Assembly (NCBI GenBank): GCA_963755915.1
Contig: CAVWLP010000003.1
Coordinates: 416,001 to 480,000 of the forward strand
Length of the DNA: 64,000 bases
Reading direction: 5' to 3'
From: an uncultured Phycisphaerales bacterium
GTDB lineage: Bacteria; Planctomycetota; Phycisphaerae; Tepidisphaerales; Tepidisphaeraceae
Position numbers and translations under genes: made by a program. Position 1 is the stretch's first letter; each line of letters starts with the position of its first letter. Shown here one piece after another: positions 35,036 to 46,300 of the stretch. Under the pieces are notes generated by a model, which saw nothing but the letters and a program-made list of their open reading frames with translations, had not been told where the DNA came from and searched no databases.

Positions 35036-35518
35036 CCCACCATTGGCTTGCGGCAACCGCCGAAAGCCAAGGTCGATAACCCAATCTCCTGTGCCTCAAA
35101 ATGGCCGGTTTTGGCGCGCCCTCAATTGGCCGGTTTTGCGCGCCCCATGACAGCGAATCGACTTCACCCCCGCAGGAGGCGCTCGCGAATGAAGAGCGAG
35201 AGATGCTCTGGCGGATTCTCTCCGAATTGCCACAGCGATATCGCGAAACGATGGTTCTCTATTACCGGCAGGGACAATCGACGGCGGCGGTTGGATGATG
35301 CAAAACCCAAAACAACCTGATCTTACGACTGCCAGTAAATCGTTCCGTTCATTCCGAACATTGCCGTTCCAGCAAAATGGAACGGCGCGTTTCTTGGCGG
35401 CAGTGTCGGAGGTTCGGATCGACGTAATGTTCTTCGGTCCAAGTTGCGCGATGAACCCATCGTTCGCTAACTCGGTGAGTCGAACGAACAGAGGTGGGAA
35501 ATGAGATGCACGGCGAGT

Positions 35519-36227
35519 TTAAGGCAACGGGTCCTCATCGGTGGCGGACTTGAAGACTTGGCTGACTTCAACGACTCCGCCCAATAGCGGAACAAACCGG
35601 TACACCTTGTCGGCAAACTGCTCGAACACGGAGAAGTCATGATGGCTGATCATGATGACCTGAAATCCCAATGCGCGGCCCGCTTCCTGCACGATCTTGA
35701 CCAGCTTCGGAACGAGATCGGGGCGAAGCCAGCAGTCTTGTTCGTCGAGGACCAGAAACCGGCGGTGCCGTGCCGAGTCAAGGGTCGTGAGGGCGAACAA
35801 GCGCAGCCCCACGCTGAGTATATTGGCGACGGAACCACCTTGGCCGCGGTAAACGTCTTCCCGATATCCCTCGTGATCGATCCAAAACTCGACGGTGGCG
35901 GCGCCACGCTTGAAATCCGCATCGGCGCAGGCGGATCGGCTGTTCGAGAATCTCCTGCAACGCAATAGTGATCTTCTCCTCCACAACACCGAGCAGCTCC
36001 TTGAACAAGCGCTGGCTCAGTAGCTCAAGAGCATCGGTGACCTTGTCTGCAACGCCGAGGTAGCCTGTCAGTTGCCTAAGACGGACTCCCACTTCCGCAG
36101 CCTGATGTTCGCGCTCCTGGCGCCTTCCCATCAACCGCTCCAACCGTTGCCGTACTGCGGTCGGCGATTTCAACGGCGGCACGGCGGCGCTGACGCTTGC
36201 TTTTGTTTGTTCGGGTGGAGAAGTCAT
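35519..36227 (-). CDS. C-terminal half of an SbcC/Rad50-type ABC ATPase (frameshift near 35930)
   Basis: short coiled coil, signature-like GQGGSV, Walker B FLVLDEQD, H-loop IMISHH; no Walker A. Confidence 0.8.
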
Positions 36228-36571
36228 TTTCGGGGTTGTCCTCCATCCCGTGTAGCAGAAGCGGTTTCGGCGAATTTTGCCTCTACCTCAGCGAGCCCCT
36301 TTTCGATCGTATCAAGATCCTCCTGGTACTTGGCCTTTTTCCGGGCGTTCTCATTGTTGATCTCGGCCAACTTCTCCTGGAGTTTTGCAACATCATCAGT
36401 GCCATATTTCTCTTGAGCCTGGGCCTTGAGTTCGTCCAGTCGCTTCGTCGCGCTATCTCGCTGCGTTTCGGCCTGAATCTTCTTTCTATTCAGATCCTGG
36501 TATCGCTGCTGAAGCTGTTCGATGGTCTGCCCGCCGGCATTGGCGGGTATTTTTGCGTCCGTTTTAGCCAT
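36224..36571 (-). CDS. small coiled-coil protein
   Basis: 115 aa rich in E/K/Q heptads; start and stop overlap both neighbours. Confidence 0.8.
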   Translation of the reverse strand: MAKTDAKIPANAGGQTIEQLQQRYQDLNRKKIQAETQRDSATKRLDELKAQAQEKYGTDDVAKLQEKLAEINNENARKKAKYQEDLDTIEKGLAEVEAKFAETASATRDGGQPRK

Positions 36572-37517
36572 TGTCAGTAACCTCCTGGGCTAGAGCCATG
36601 ATTTCGGCAGCAACGGGCTGCTCGAACTGGCTTAAGTTCTTTTGGAGAAAAGTGACCAAACCGGCGCCGCTTTCAGTGCGGCGAGCCTGTAACTCGGCGA
36701 GACCGGCAACGAACGCCGATGCTGGCCCGTCCGCCGAAGCTTCCACGAGAATCGAGTGGAAAACCTCATCGAAAGGCCGGTGCGGCACCTCGACAAACTG
36801 CCGCGTGAATCCCTCGCCCGTGATATCAATACGAAGAACAGATGGGATGTGGTCTTTCGTAGCGTCGCTCCGGGACCGCCGGCTGATATTGCCGGGAGTC
36901 ATCCAGAGGGTGCGGCCTGTCTGAACGTCCTGCAAACGGCGGTGAATGTGCCCGTTAATCACGAGGTCAATCCCTTCGATCTCACGCGGTTGTATCCGGC
37001 CTTGTTCCTCATAGCCTGGGACGATTATGTCGTGATGGGCAAGCCAGAATACGAGCGGGACTGCGCCGTCGGCGTCGCCCGATGTGTCTACTCGATCAGG
37101 AAACTGTTGCCGATAGGAGGAACCGCCGACGATGACGGATCGTCCGTTCATTGATCCGCGCCATGGCCTGCCGCCCAGTAGCCGGATGCGGCCGGCCTTC
37201 ACAAGTAGGGAAAGCGAATCGTGATTGGATAGTTCCGGTTCTGCGCAATCGTGATTGCCATAGAGGCCGATGCACTCGGTGCCTGCCAAAAGGTCGAGCA
37301 GGGTTCCAAGCATCCAAGTGGGATTATCCCGTGGCTTGTCGAAGAGGTCTCCCAGAATTACAGGAAGTAGGCGATGTGCTTTGGCATACCGCAGTGCCCA
37401 TTCGAGTTTGTCGAGAATGACGTGTGGATAGTCATCCCTGCGGAATCCGGGTGTCCGACCCTCAAGGTGCGGATCACCAATGACGAGCAAGCCTGCGTAG
37501 GCAACTGCGTCAGGCAT
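36564..37517 (-). CDS. SbcD/Mre11-like metallophosphoesterase nuclease
   Basis: GDPH, LGDLFD, GNHD and NGHIH motifs. Confidence 0.9.
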   Translation of the reverse strand: MPDAVAYAGLLVIGDPHLEGRTPGFRRDDYPHVILDKLEWALRYAKAHRLLPVILGDLFDKPRDNPTWMLGTLLDLLAGTECIGLYGNHDCAEPELSNHDSLSLLVKAGRIRLLGGRPWRGSMNGRSVIVGGSSYRQQFPDRVDTSGDADGAVPLVFWLAHHDIIVPGYEEQGRIQPREIEGIDLVINGHIHRRLQDVQTGRTLWMTPGNISRRSRSDATKDHIPSVLRIDITGEGFTRQFVEVPHRPFDEVFHSILVEASADGPASAFVAGLAELQARRTESGAGLVTFLQKNLSQFEQPVAAEIMALAQEVTDNG

Positions 37518-38967
37518 GGAAACCTCCGACGCATGAACCGGCATGGAGGACGATCTGATTGGGATCGAGCTGGCCACCACACGTGGGGCATAATTGCTGC
37601 TGTTCGGCCCAAGTCCGCAATTGATGTTCAACTTCTCGAAGCGCTTGCTCGGCTTGCACGAAATCTTGCCTACGCGAGGCAATAGCCGCTGTCGCACCGG
37701 CTAGGTCGCGGATTGTCGCCTCGATTTCGCGGGTGTCCGCCATATCCGGCGCGGCCACCAGGGCGGCCAATTGACTGTGAATGACCTCCAAGCGCCGGAG
37801 TGCCGCCGTCGCTTGCGTTAAGGCTTGCACGTCCTGCGTTGGCGAAATCTCATCATCCAATTCGGGTGCAGTTGCCAACGGGCGTAAGATTGTTAGTTGT
37901 TGCTCCGACGCAGTCACGGAATGAGTCAGCGTAGCAATCTGTGCGGCAGTTGTTTGCAAGGTTGCGACCTCGATGATCGTGGGGGGTGGGATGAGTTCGC
38001 AGGTTGCGGCGCACTGACCGTCCAGACGGAGCGCTACGAGCCGAGCAGACTGTAAATCGCGGATGAGTTCTATGAGCGGTCGGTTGTCTTTGGTATCAGG
38101 GCACATTTGCAGTGCCGAGAGGGAAACGGCCCGATTGGTCTGCAATTCCACGTCCAATTCCGTGCCGGATATCGCCCCGATGGCATCTTCTAACGGCTGA
38201 GTATCTGCGAACTTCGGCGGCAACATCAACGCCTGAAACGCCATTGCTTCGGATTGGCGATGGTCCACCAGTGCGCTCCACTGGTCCAACAACTGAATAT
38301 CCTGCGCGAGTTGTCCGATACGTGATGCCAACTGTCCAAGTTCCTCGTGCCGCGACTCTACTTGTCCAACGCTGATTCCAATCTGATCCGTAGCTGCAAG
38401 CACCGCGAGATCTATTGCCAGCTTTTCCGCCCTGGCCTCCAGTTGGATACGTTCTCGGCGAGCGTCCCCCATCTTCTGCTGGTGCCGCTTCTGCATCTCG
38501 ACCAGACTCGCCGCGTCGGACGAAGAAGCAAAAAACTGGGCTGCGTGAGAACCGGGTTTGTCCAACAAGAACACGGGCGATTTCTGTTCGCCGAAGTGGA
38601 TATCAAACTCTCGATTACCTTCGGCTACGACCTTTGGCAATCGGAGCACGTCGTGAAGGCTCGCGGGGATGGCGTTTCGTTCAAGCCTATCGAACAACTG
38701 CCCGTCGATGGTATATCTTGGAGAATTGTTCTTGCGGCACCACTCAACGATGTGACCGTCATCGGTTTCGACAATAACTGAGCATTCCCTTTCATTGTGG
38801 CGAGTGACGTAGGTCGAGTTATCGTTGTGACAGAGAATCTGAAGCGCCGCCACGACGGCGCTCTTGCCACAGTTGTTGGGTCCTACCAGCACGGTCAGGC
38901 CATCCGCTGGTTCGATGACCGTGCGGGCGTGTGACATGAAGTTGACTAACTCGATGCGCCGAATCAC
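37510..38967 (-). CDS. N-terminal half of an SbcC/Rad50-type ATPase ending in a CPTC Zn-hook
   Basis: IELVNFMSH, Walker A GPNNCGKS, coiled coil, terminal CPTCG; no Walker B. Confidence 0.85.
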   Translation of the reverse strand: MIRRIELVNFMSHARTVIEPADGLTVLVGPNNCGKSAVVAALQILCHNDNSTYVTRHNERECSVIVETDDGHIVEWCRKNNSPRYTIDGQLFDRLERNAIPASLHDVLRLPKVVAEGNREFDIHFGEQKSPVFLLDKPGSHAAQFFASSSDAASLVEMQKRHQQKMGDARRERIQLEARAEKLAIDLAVLAATDQIGISVGQVESRHEELGQLASRIGQLAQDIQLLDQWSALVDHRQSEAMAFQALMLPPKFADTQPLEDAIGAISGTELDVELQTNRAVSLSALQMCPDTKDNRPLIELIRDLQSARLVALRLDGQCAATCELIPPPTIIEVATLQTTAAQIATLTHSVTASEQQLTILRPLATAPELDDEISPTQDVQALTQATAALRRLEVIHSQLAALVAAPDMADTREIEATIRDLAGATAAIASRRQDFVQAEQALREVEHQLRTWAEQQQLCPTCGGQLDPNQIVLHAGSCVGGFHA

Positions 38968-39140
38968 AGCTTAGCTCCGTGGCGGCCCTCCCTTTCCTAA
39001 GACGTGCCAGGAAGTGTACGGGAAAGCCCTGAAAATCGCTCCCGCCTCCGCCCTCGCTTGCGCGAGGGCGGAGGCGAAGACACAGTCTTATCCGAAAAAC
39101 CACTCGGTGGCTTGAATTAATGCGACGCTGGAAGAACGCG

Positions 39141-42100
39141 GTGTCCATTCAAGTGGGCCGCGTCGGCCTCCGCGGCAAGTCTTCAAGCGGCAACTGGCGG
39201 GAGACGGCGAAGGTGTCCATTCAAGTGGGCCGCGTCGGCCTCCGCGGCGGCGATGCCGGGGGGCGGGTTTTTCATAAACGCCTCGTGTCCATTCAAGTGG
39301 GCCGCGTCGGCCTCCGCGGCGATGGAGCGTGGAACTGCCCTCAGGTCGCTATGCAGTGTCCATTCAAGTGGGCCGCGTCGGCCTCCGCGGCTTCCAATTG
39401 GAGGTGCGAAGTGATTTCCTTGTTCAAGTGTCCATTCAAGTGGGCCGCGTCGGCCTCCGCGGCGTTTCGGTTTATACGGACAATGGCGGCAATGCGATGT
39501 GTCCATTCAAGTGGGCCGCGTCGGCCTCCGCGGCCACCATGTTCGCGTTAGCAAAGGATGATGATGCAAGGTGTCCATTCAAGTGGGCCGCGTCGGCCTC
39601 CGCGGCGGCCAAGCGGGCCGGGATTCGTCCCGAAACGCTTCAGTGTCCATTCAAGTGGGCCGCGTCGGCCTCCGCGGCGTGGCGAAGGTGGAGAAGCAGC
39701 CGGCGTTCAAGGGAGTGTCCATTCAAGTGGGCCGCGTCGGCCTCCGCGGCGACCATTATAGAACGAGTTGGAAGCGGATGCGCCCGTGTCCATTCAAGTG
39801 GGCCGCGTCGGCCTCCGCGGCTTAATTGCATCGGGGTTATTCATGGACGCGAAGATGTGTCCATTCAAGTGGGCCGCGTCGGCCTCCGCGGCTCGCGTAT
39901 CCGGTCCGCGTATCGCTAGATTGGTCGCGTGTCCATTCAAGTGGGCCGCGTCGGCCTCCGCGGCAATCTAGATGGATCGGCTAACAGGGTTCGGACGTTG
40001 TGTCCATTCAAGTGGGCCGCGTCGGCCTCCGCGGCAGGGAATTGCAAAGCCAAGGGGTTAACCCAACCGACCGGTGTCCATTCAAGTGGGCCGCGTCGGC
40101 CTCCGCGGCGCCGGGGCCGTGACGGAAATTGCAAATGGGGATTATGTGTCCATTCAAGTGGGCCGCGTCGGCCTCCGCGGCGTTGTGGAGATGAGGACGC
40201 ATCTGGCCGGTGCAAGAGTGTCCATTCAAGTGGGCCGCGTCGGCCTCCGCGGCATCGCGACAGAGCGCGAGATCGAGGGCGGGGAATATGTGTCCATTCA
40301 AGTGGGCCGCGTCGGCCTCCGCGGCTCACTGATACGGCACAGTATGTTAACGGTGTTGTGTGTCCATTCAAGTGGGCCGCGTCGGCCTCCGCGGCCGATA
40401 ATGAAAACATTCACTTTCAAAACAAGGTGATGTGTCCATTCAAGTGGGCCGCGTCGGCCTCCGCGGCCCTGGGGCTGGCTTAAAAACCACATCAAGATCA
40501 GTTGTGTCCATTCAAGTGGGCCGCGTCGGCCTCCGCGGCAAACTACCGCTCCGGGGATTGAAGCGTTTCGCACCCGTGTCCATTCAAGTGGGCCGCGTCG
40601 GCCTCCGCGGCCGTAACGGCGGCTTATGGCCGCAACAATACCCCACGTGTCCATTCAAGTGGGCCGCGTCGGCCTCCGCGGCGTCGTAACAATGCCTCAG
40701 CATGGTCCTGAACATCGTGTCCATTCAAGTGGGCCGCGTCGGCCTCCGCGGCTCAAATATCTTATTTCGCTCTTTTTTTCTTAAGTCGTGTCCATTCAAG
40801 TGGGCCGCGTCGGCCTCCGCGGCAATCCGTCGAATGCGGCATCACCACGTTCGACAGCGTGTCCATTCAAGTGGGCCGCGTCGGCCTCCGCGGCCTGTAG
40901 GATTAAATTGCGTATCTATTCCGTCGAAGGTGTCCATTCAAGTGGGCCGCGTCGGCCTCCGCGGCTCCGACCGCTGCAGCGCTTCGGTGTGATAACGGAT
41001 AGTGTCCATTCAAGTGGGCCGCGTCGGCCTCCGCGGCGCCAATTAACCGCACTCACCAACGCCAGCCTGGTCAAGTGTCCATTCAAGTGGGCCGCGTCGG
41101 CCTCCGCGGCATAAAGAGTTTGGAAATTGAGTAACCAGCAGTATCTCGTGTCCATTCAAGTGGGCCGCGTCGGCCTCCGCGGCTCAAACGCCAAATCCTT
41201 AAACCAACGAGCTTCAAAACGTGTCCATTCAAGTGGGCCGCGTCGGCCTCCGCGGCGCTGTCGTGCCTGTTGTGTTGGTGGCTGATTGTGGGTGTCCATT
41301 CAAGTGGGCCGCGTCGGCCTCCGCGGCGGATCAGTCTGAGCGTCTTCTCGGTGTTCGTATGTTGTGTCCATTCAAGTGGGCCGCGTCGGCCTCCGCGGCA
41401 GATCGACGAAGCCATCCCGGCAGGAGGAGCAGCAGTGTCCATTCAAGTGGGCCGCGTCGGCCTCCGCGGCACAAACACACAGTATACGGCCACCACAACG
41501 ACCGCAGTGTCCATTCAAGTGGGCCGCGTCGGCCTCCGCGGCAGAAGACGGCTGATTACGATACACAGCCGGGCCCAGTGTCCATTCAAGTGGGCCGCGT
41601 CGGCCTCCGCGGCCAGGATGGCAAGGTTCGTAGTTCTTCTGATAAGTCTTGTGTCCATTCAAGTGGGCCGCGTCGGCCTCCGCGGCGCGTAAGGAATTTG
41701 GGATTATTCGTGTTGCAAGGTTGTGTCCATTCAAGTGGGCCGCGTCGGCCTCCGCGGCAGGTGGCTGGTGAGCCAAGTAAGTCAATGCCTTCAGTGTCCA
41801 TTCAAGTGGGCCGCGTCGGCCTCCGCGGCTTCAATATCTTTTTTATATGTTCTAATATTCATTAAGTGTCCATTCAAGTGGGCCGCGTCGGCCTCCGCGG
41901 CACTATCGTCCGATATCTCCCCCAAAAAGGAGAAGGTGTCCATTCAAGTGGGCCGCGTCGGCCTCCGCGGCTTCGTGCCGAAGGCGGGACATGGAAACAG
42001 CAAGTTGGTGTCCATTCAAGTGGGCCGCGTCGGCCTCCGCGGCGCCCATTAGTAGCCATATCTAAACTCCGATATTAAGTGTCCATTCAAGTGGGCCGCG

Positions 42101-42970
42101 TCGGCCTCCGCGGCGCAAGCTGGAAAGGTGAACCGTTTGCTCCAGTACCAGTGTCCATTCAAGTGGGCCGCGTCGGCCTCCGCGGCTGGGAAGTGTCGGA
42201 GAAGATGCCGTACAAAAAATAGTGTCCATTCAAGTGGGCCGCGTCGGCCTCCGCGGCCTCGGATGGCTCGGTCGTCTGCTGGAAATGGCAGTGGCGTGTC
42301 CATTCAAGTGGGCCGCGTCGGCCTCCGCGGCACCGCGTGAGGAGCAGCGGCTCGGAGACGCTCGTGTGTCCATTCAAGTGGGCCGCGTCGGCCTCCGCGG
42401 CCGGCAGATTGATAGCGAGCACGGATCGGTGGCACAGTGTCCATTCAAGTGGGCCGCGTCGGCCTCCGCGGCAAATGTGAACCGCAGGCGTCGCCACGAT
42501 GAAGCCAACGTGTCCATTCAAGTGGGCCGCGTCGGCCTCCGCGGCTGCTGCAAAGCATCGCCGTTTCAAACAGGGAATGCGTGTCCATTCAAGTGGGCCG
42601 CGTCGGCCTCCGCGGCACCGGGACGATTATCGCTGAGGCAAATGGAGGGGCAGTGTCCATTCAAGTGGGCCGCGTCGGCCTCCGCGGCCGTGGAAGCCGC
42701 ATGGGAACGTGCGAGCAACACAGTGTCCATTCAAGTGGGCCGCGTCGGCCTCCGCGGCTAGTGCGAAGTAATACATTCGTCACTCCTGTAAGTGTGTCCA
42801 TTCAAGTGGGCCGCGTCGGCCTCCGCGGCATACCTGGGTGCGTGCAACATCCAGCCGACGTTCCGTGTCCATTCAAGTGGGCCGCGTCGGCCTCCGCGGC
42901 CTCATCTCAGGCTCATATCTCATTACCTATTAGAGTGTCCATTCAAGTGGGCCGCGTCGGCCTCCGCGGC
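39141..42970 (-). CRISPR. CRISPR array, 54 repeats / 53 spacers (34-38 nt); crRNA-sense repeat GCCGCGGAGGCCGACGCGGCCCACTTGAATGGACAC
   Basis: 36-bp repeats counted by eye; orientation inferred from the leader/tracr side and the GGACAC 3' end. Confidence 0.98.
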
Positions 42971-43020
42971 TGCCGCCCTCGCAAACCCCCGAAAACAAGC
43001 CACTTGTGAGGGCTCTTGCG

Positions 43021-43029
43021 AGTATAACA
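43021..43029 (-). promoter_or_regulatory. putative array promoter, extended -10 TGtTATACT in the leader
   Basis: minus strand ctgttatact about 50 nt upstream of the first repeat. Confidence 0.55.
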
Positions 43030-43195
43030 GATTTTGACGCAATCGAACGGCCATTTCGGGGACTCCTGACATCCATAAAACCGCGAGAATCGGCTTGTTT
43101 TGGGGCATTGCGAGCGTGCCCTGGACCCCCATTCACCACTGTCGCACTCGCGGCCGAAAGTACGACAGTACCAACCGAGCTGCGAACTGGGGCAG

Positions 43196-43320
43196 GCCGC
43201 AGAAGCCAACTTGTCAAAGAACGATGGCCCAAAGGGCCAACGCGGACCTGTTGAATGCCGAGTGCCAAGCCCATTAAAGGGGAAGACACGTACTCGGAGG
43301 TGATACCGCCTATAGCGGCG
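43196..43320 (-). ncRNA. tracrRNA of the type V-B system
   Basis: anti-repeat at 43235-43257 (19/23 match), second anti-repeat at 43196-43210 (12/15, all mismatches G:U-compatible), and GTGTC at 43285-43289 complementary to the repeat 3' GACAC. Confidence 0.82.
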
Positions 43321-43328
43321 CAGTCACT

Positions 43329-46300
43329 TTACCACGGGGTTACTGACGCTTCAACGGGCGCATCTTCGCGAGATAAGTGCGCTCGGCGAAGCAATGAAAC
43401 AACCCGGCACCGGACATCATTCCAATATTCAGCAGTGCCTCGCCAAGGGGAATTTGTGTCAATCGGCGAAGCCGAAATATCCCGCCAGAGGTTCACGATC
43501 TCGCGTTCCTTTTTGCCGGCCTTGGACCGGCCCGACTTCTTGCCGGTTTTTGGATCAGGCGTTTCGAGATCGCTCGCCTTAACTGGTACGAGGAAGAGAT
43601 CCGATGGAACGATGAAGCTTCCCTTGGTCTTCTCGGCAAGTGGCGTGTAGGTCGCTGACTCGCATGGAATGAACCACCACTTGCCGGAAAAATCGGGGTC
43701 GAGCAGCGCCTTCATGCCGACATTCGCGGCGGCGTTGAGGTCGGCTTGCAACCCCTTCGCAGCAGGCGAGCACGGGTCGGCTGAGACGAAGAGTTCGCCG
43801 CCATTCATGGGGATGCGGATCGCGGGCGCAAGTTTACGTTCGGAATCCGATTTTGAGGACCACTGTTTCTCGATCGTCACAAAAAATCGATCGCGGGCAT
43901 CACCCTTGTCAGCTTTTTCTTGAGCGACCTTGGCTTGTCGCCGCCACCAGGGTTTGGTCATGAAATCAATGACCGGCACATCAGCGCAGCGGATACCCGG
44001 CGCACCTGTGCGTGAATCCTGGCGAGACGTGTATCCGGCCTGGACTTCGCGGAGATGGAGTCCATGAAGTTGACAGGCTTCCGAAAGATACTTTTTGACC
44101 TTCGATGAGGACCATGACATCAATTGCCTGTTCTCGCGGCGCGTTTGAAGTTCATCGGGACGATAGTTGGTGAGGTTCTCGATCACGACCGCATGACAAG
44201 GAGCGTATTTTGCGGTGGGTTCCTCCACCCGCACCCATTTCATAAGCGTCGATCCATCCGCATTCTTTCGTCGCGTCTTGACCTGCTTCCAATGCCCGCC
44301 AAGCCCTAGCGCCGAACCCGCAATCCGGCTCGCAAGTTGCTTAACGCGCTGCTCGCGCATCTGCTCCATCGCATCAAGGATGGATTGCGCAACGCCAGCG
44401 TTTGTTTCACCCTTCTCCGGTGCGCCGCGTGGCTTATCGGGCTTGGCGCGCATCGCGAACGCTTTGTGCAACTGATAGAGCGACTTCATTGTGGCAATGC
44501 GCGTGAGCGACAGGCCGCCGACGTTCTGCTTCCAGCCAACATCTTCCTTATCGACGCCGGGCAAACGCCGACCCATGATCCAGTCGGTGAGCCAGCGAAA
44601 CTGTGCATATAGACCGACAGCCTTTTCCTTCGTGTCATGATTCGCAGGACTTCCATCATCTGCCTGCCAGCGATTGAGCCAAGCTGCGTGGACGACGCTG
44701 CGATTGGCTGCGGCAAGTTGCTCTGCGACTGATTTGAGTTTCTCCAGCAGTACATCATCATCCTTGCGACGCTGCTGGCGGGTGGGTCCTTCGGCAGTCT
44801 CATCGCGAGGCTTAGGGTCTTCGACCCGCCATCCGTTTGTCACCGTGGCGACGTGTTGGTTCCACAGATCACGCGCGGGCTTGTCATTCCACTTAAACTC
44901 ACTTGCAAGCGCGTGCCAATCGAACAGCGCGTCGGTCATTAGCTTGATATGAGCGGTATCGCCAGGTGTGAAGGGTTTCTCACTGCCGCCGATGCCCGAA
45001 ATGGTCTTGGTTTCCAGATCGAGCGCGTAGGCAATTTTTGCCCGGCGGGTGTGGCGTTTCAGGCCGAGTGCGGTGATGCGCACTGCACGGCCCATCAGCT
45101 CGTCCACTTCCCTTCCCTTGTCGCGATCTTCATCAGCCACCAAGCCAAGATCCGCCGCAAGTTTGGCGACCATCGCGACTTCATTGACCTGGCCCTTTTG
45201 GGAAGCCGCCCGCGCCGCTTTGTCCTCGCCAGGCAGCTTGATAAGGAATTGCCGATCGAGCCGGGCCCACGGAGCGGGATGTGGTGTGCCGTCGGATAGT
45301 TCGTCCGCTCCAATCCGGCGATAAATCGTGGTGCGAACCTTTCCGTTTTCGTCTGTATAGCGCGTATGGAGATAAAGATTCTCCGAACCTGCACCACCAG
45401 CGGATACTATCCTTCCGGAGATTTCTTCTGATAAATCGGCTAATGAAAGCGTCTCCCACACAGCACACGCCGCGGCGAAGCGATGGCCGAGGTCCACTGA
45501 AAGAACTCGAAGGTTGGGCAGACGGGATAGGATAAGTTTAGCGTGGCCGGAACGGGCGTCATTCGTTTGATGCTTGAGCGCGTATTCACCGCCGCGAGAT
45601 GCAAACGGTTTGGCCGGAGCGTCTTCAGAAAATTTTGCGATGTAATCTATCCATGGCCCAGCCGGTTGTAGCTTGGCGGAGAAGGAGACGAGCCAACGGA
45701 TGTGGTCGCGCATCTTTTTCGCTTTTGCATCCCACCCATGGTCTTTGATGTGTTTGGCGATCTTATCAAGCTGTGAACGTGGTGCTTGCAGCCGGCCGTT
45801 CCAGTCGGCCTGATTGAAAACGCCCAGAATGCTCACCGGTGACTTTTCATTCGCGCCCACGGCTGCGCGACCCAGGCGGTCGGCGCGGGTCACGTTGATT
45901 GCGGCATCGCCCGTCGATCGGTTTTGTAGCCCCAGATCTTTCGTCAGGCGTTTGCACGACCAGCGCATTGGAATGCTGTTGTCCAACTTCCCCCCATCCC
46001 ACAGCCCCATCGAAAGGGCGTGACGAGAATCCAGCCATGTGACCTGTTCGCGGGCTTCCCGTAAATCAGCCTCCGCTCGCTTAAGCTTTAATTCGGCGTC
46101 GGCCTGTTTCTCAGGTGTTTTGGTTTTGGCGAGCCGTTCCTTCGTTTTCTCCAACTCTGTCGCCCGCCGCGCAATAGTGGCCTTTGCATCAGTCAGTTTC
46201 GACGCGGCATCATGCACGGCGAAATGGATTTCCCACCGCGAATTGCCGAAGTCGCAGAAGACCGGGTGCGACAACGGATCGGGATGACGATACGCCGGCA

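Larger units (their letters stand above)
32297..35152 (-). mobile_element. IS21-family insertion sequence, copy 1; 8-bp TSD GCGAATCG
   Basis: TGTCA...TGACA ends with repeated aaaaccggcca motifs; TSD at 32289-32296 and 35153-35160. Confidence 0.95.
31953..35298 (+). pseudogene. ECF sigma-70 factor pseudogene, split by IS21 and truncated
   Basis: region 2 (GNREAFGRIVRRYQ...SEDIA*EAFLSAW) before the IS; region 4 (LSELPQRYRETMVLYY) after it. Confidence 0.85.

Noticed and set aside
39070-39140. Degenerate terminal CRISPR repeat
   Set aside because: Only weak similarity (cactcggtggc) at the wrong spacing
39177-42934. Array spacers targeting this window
   Set aside because: None seen by eye; a BLASTn is needed to exclude them
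39120-43009. Many ORFs with repeated VSIQVGRVGLRG / CPFKWAASASAA
   Set aside because: Translations of CRISPR repeats
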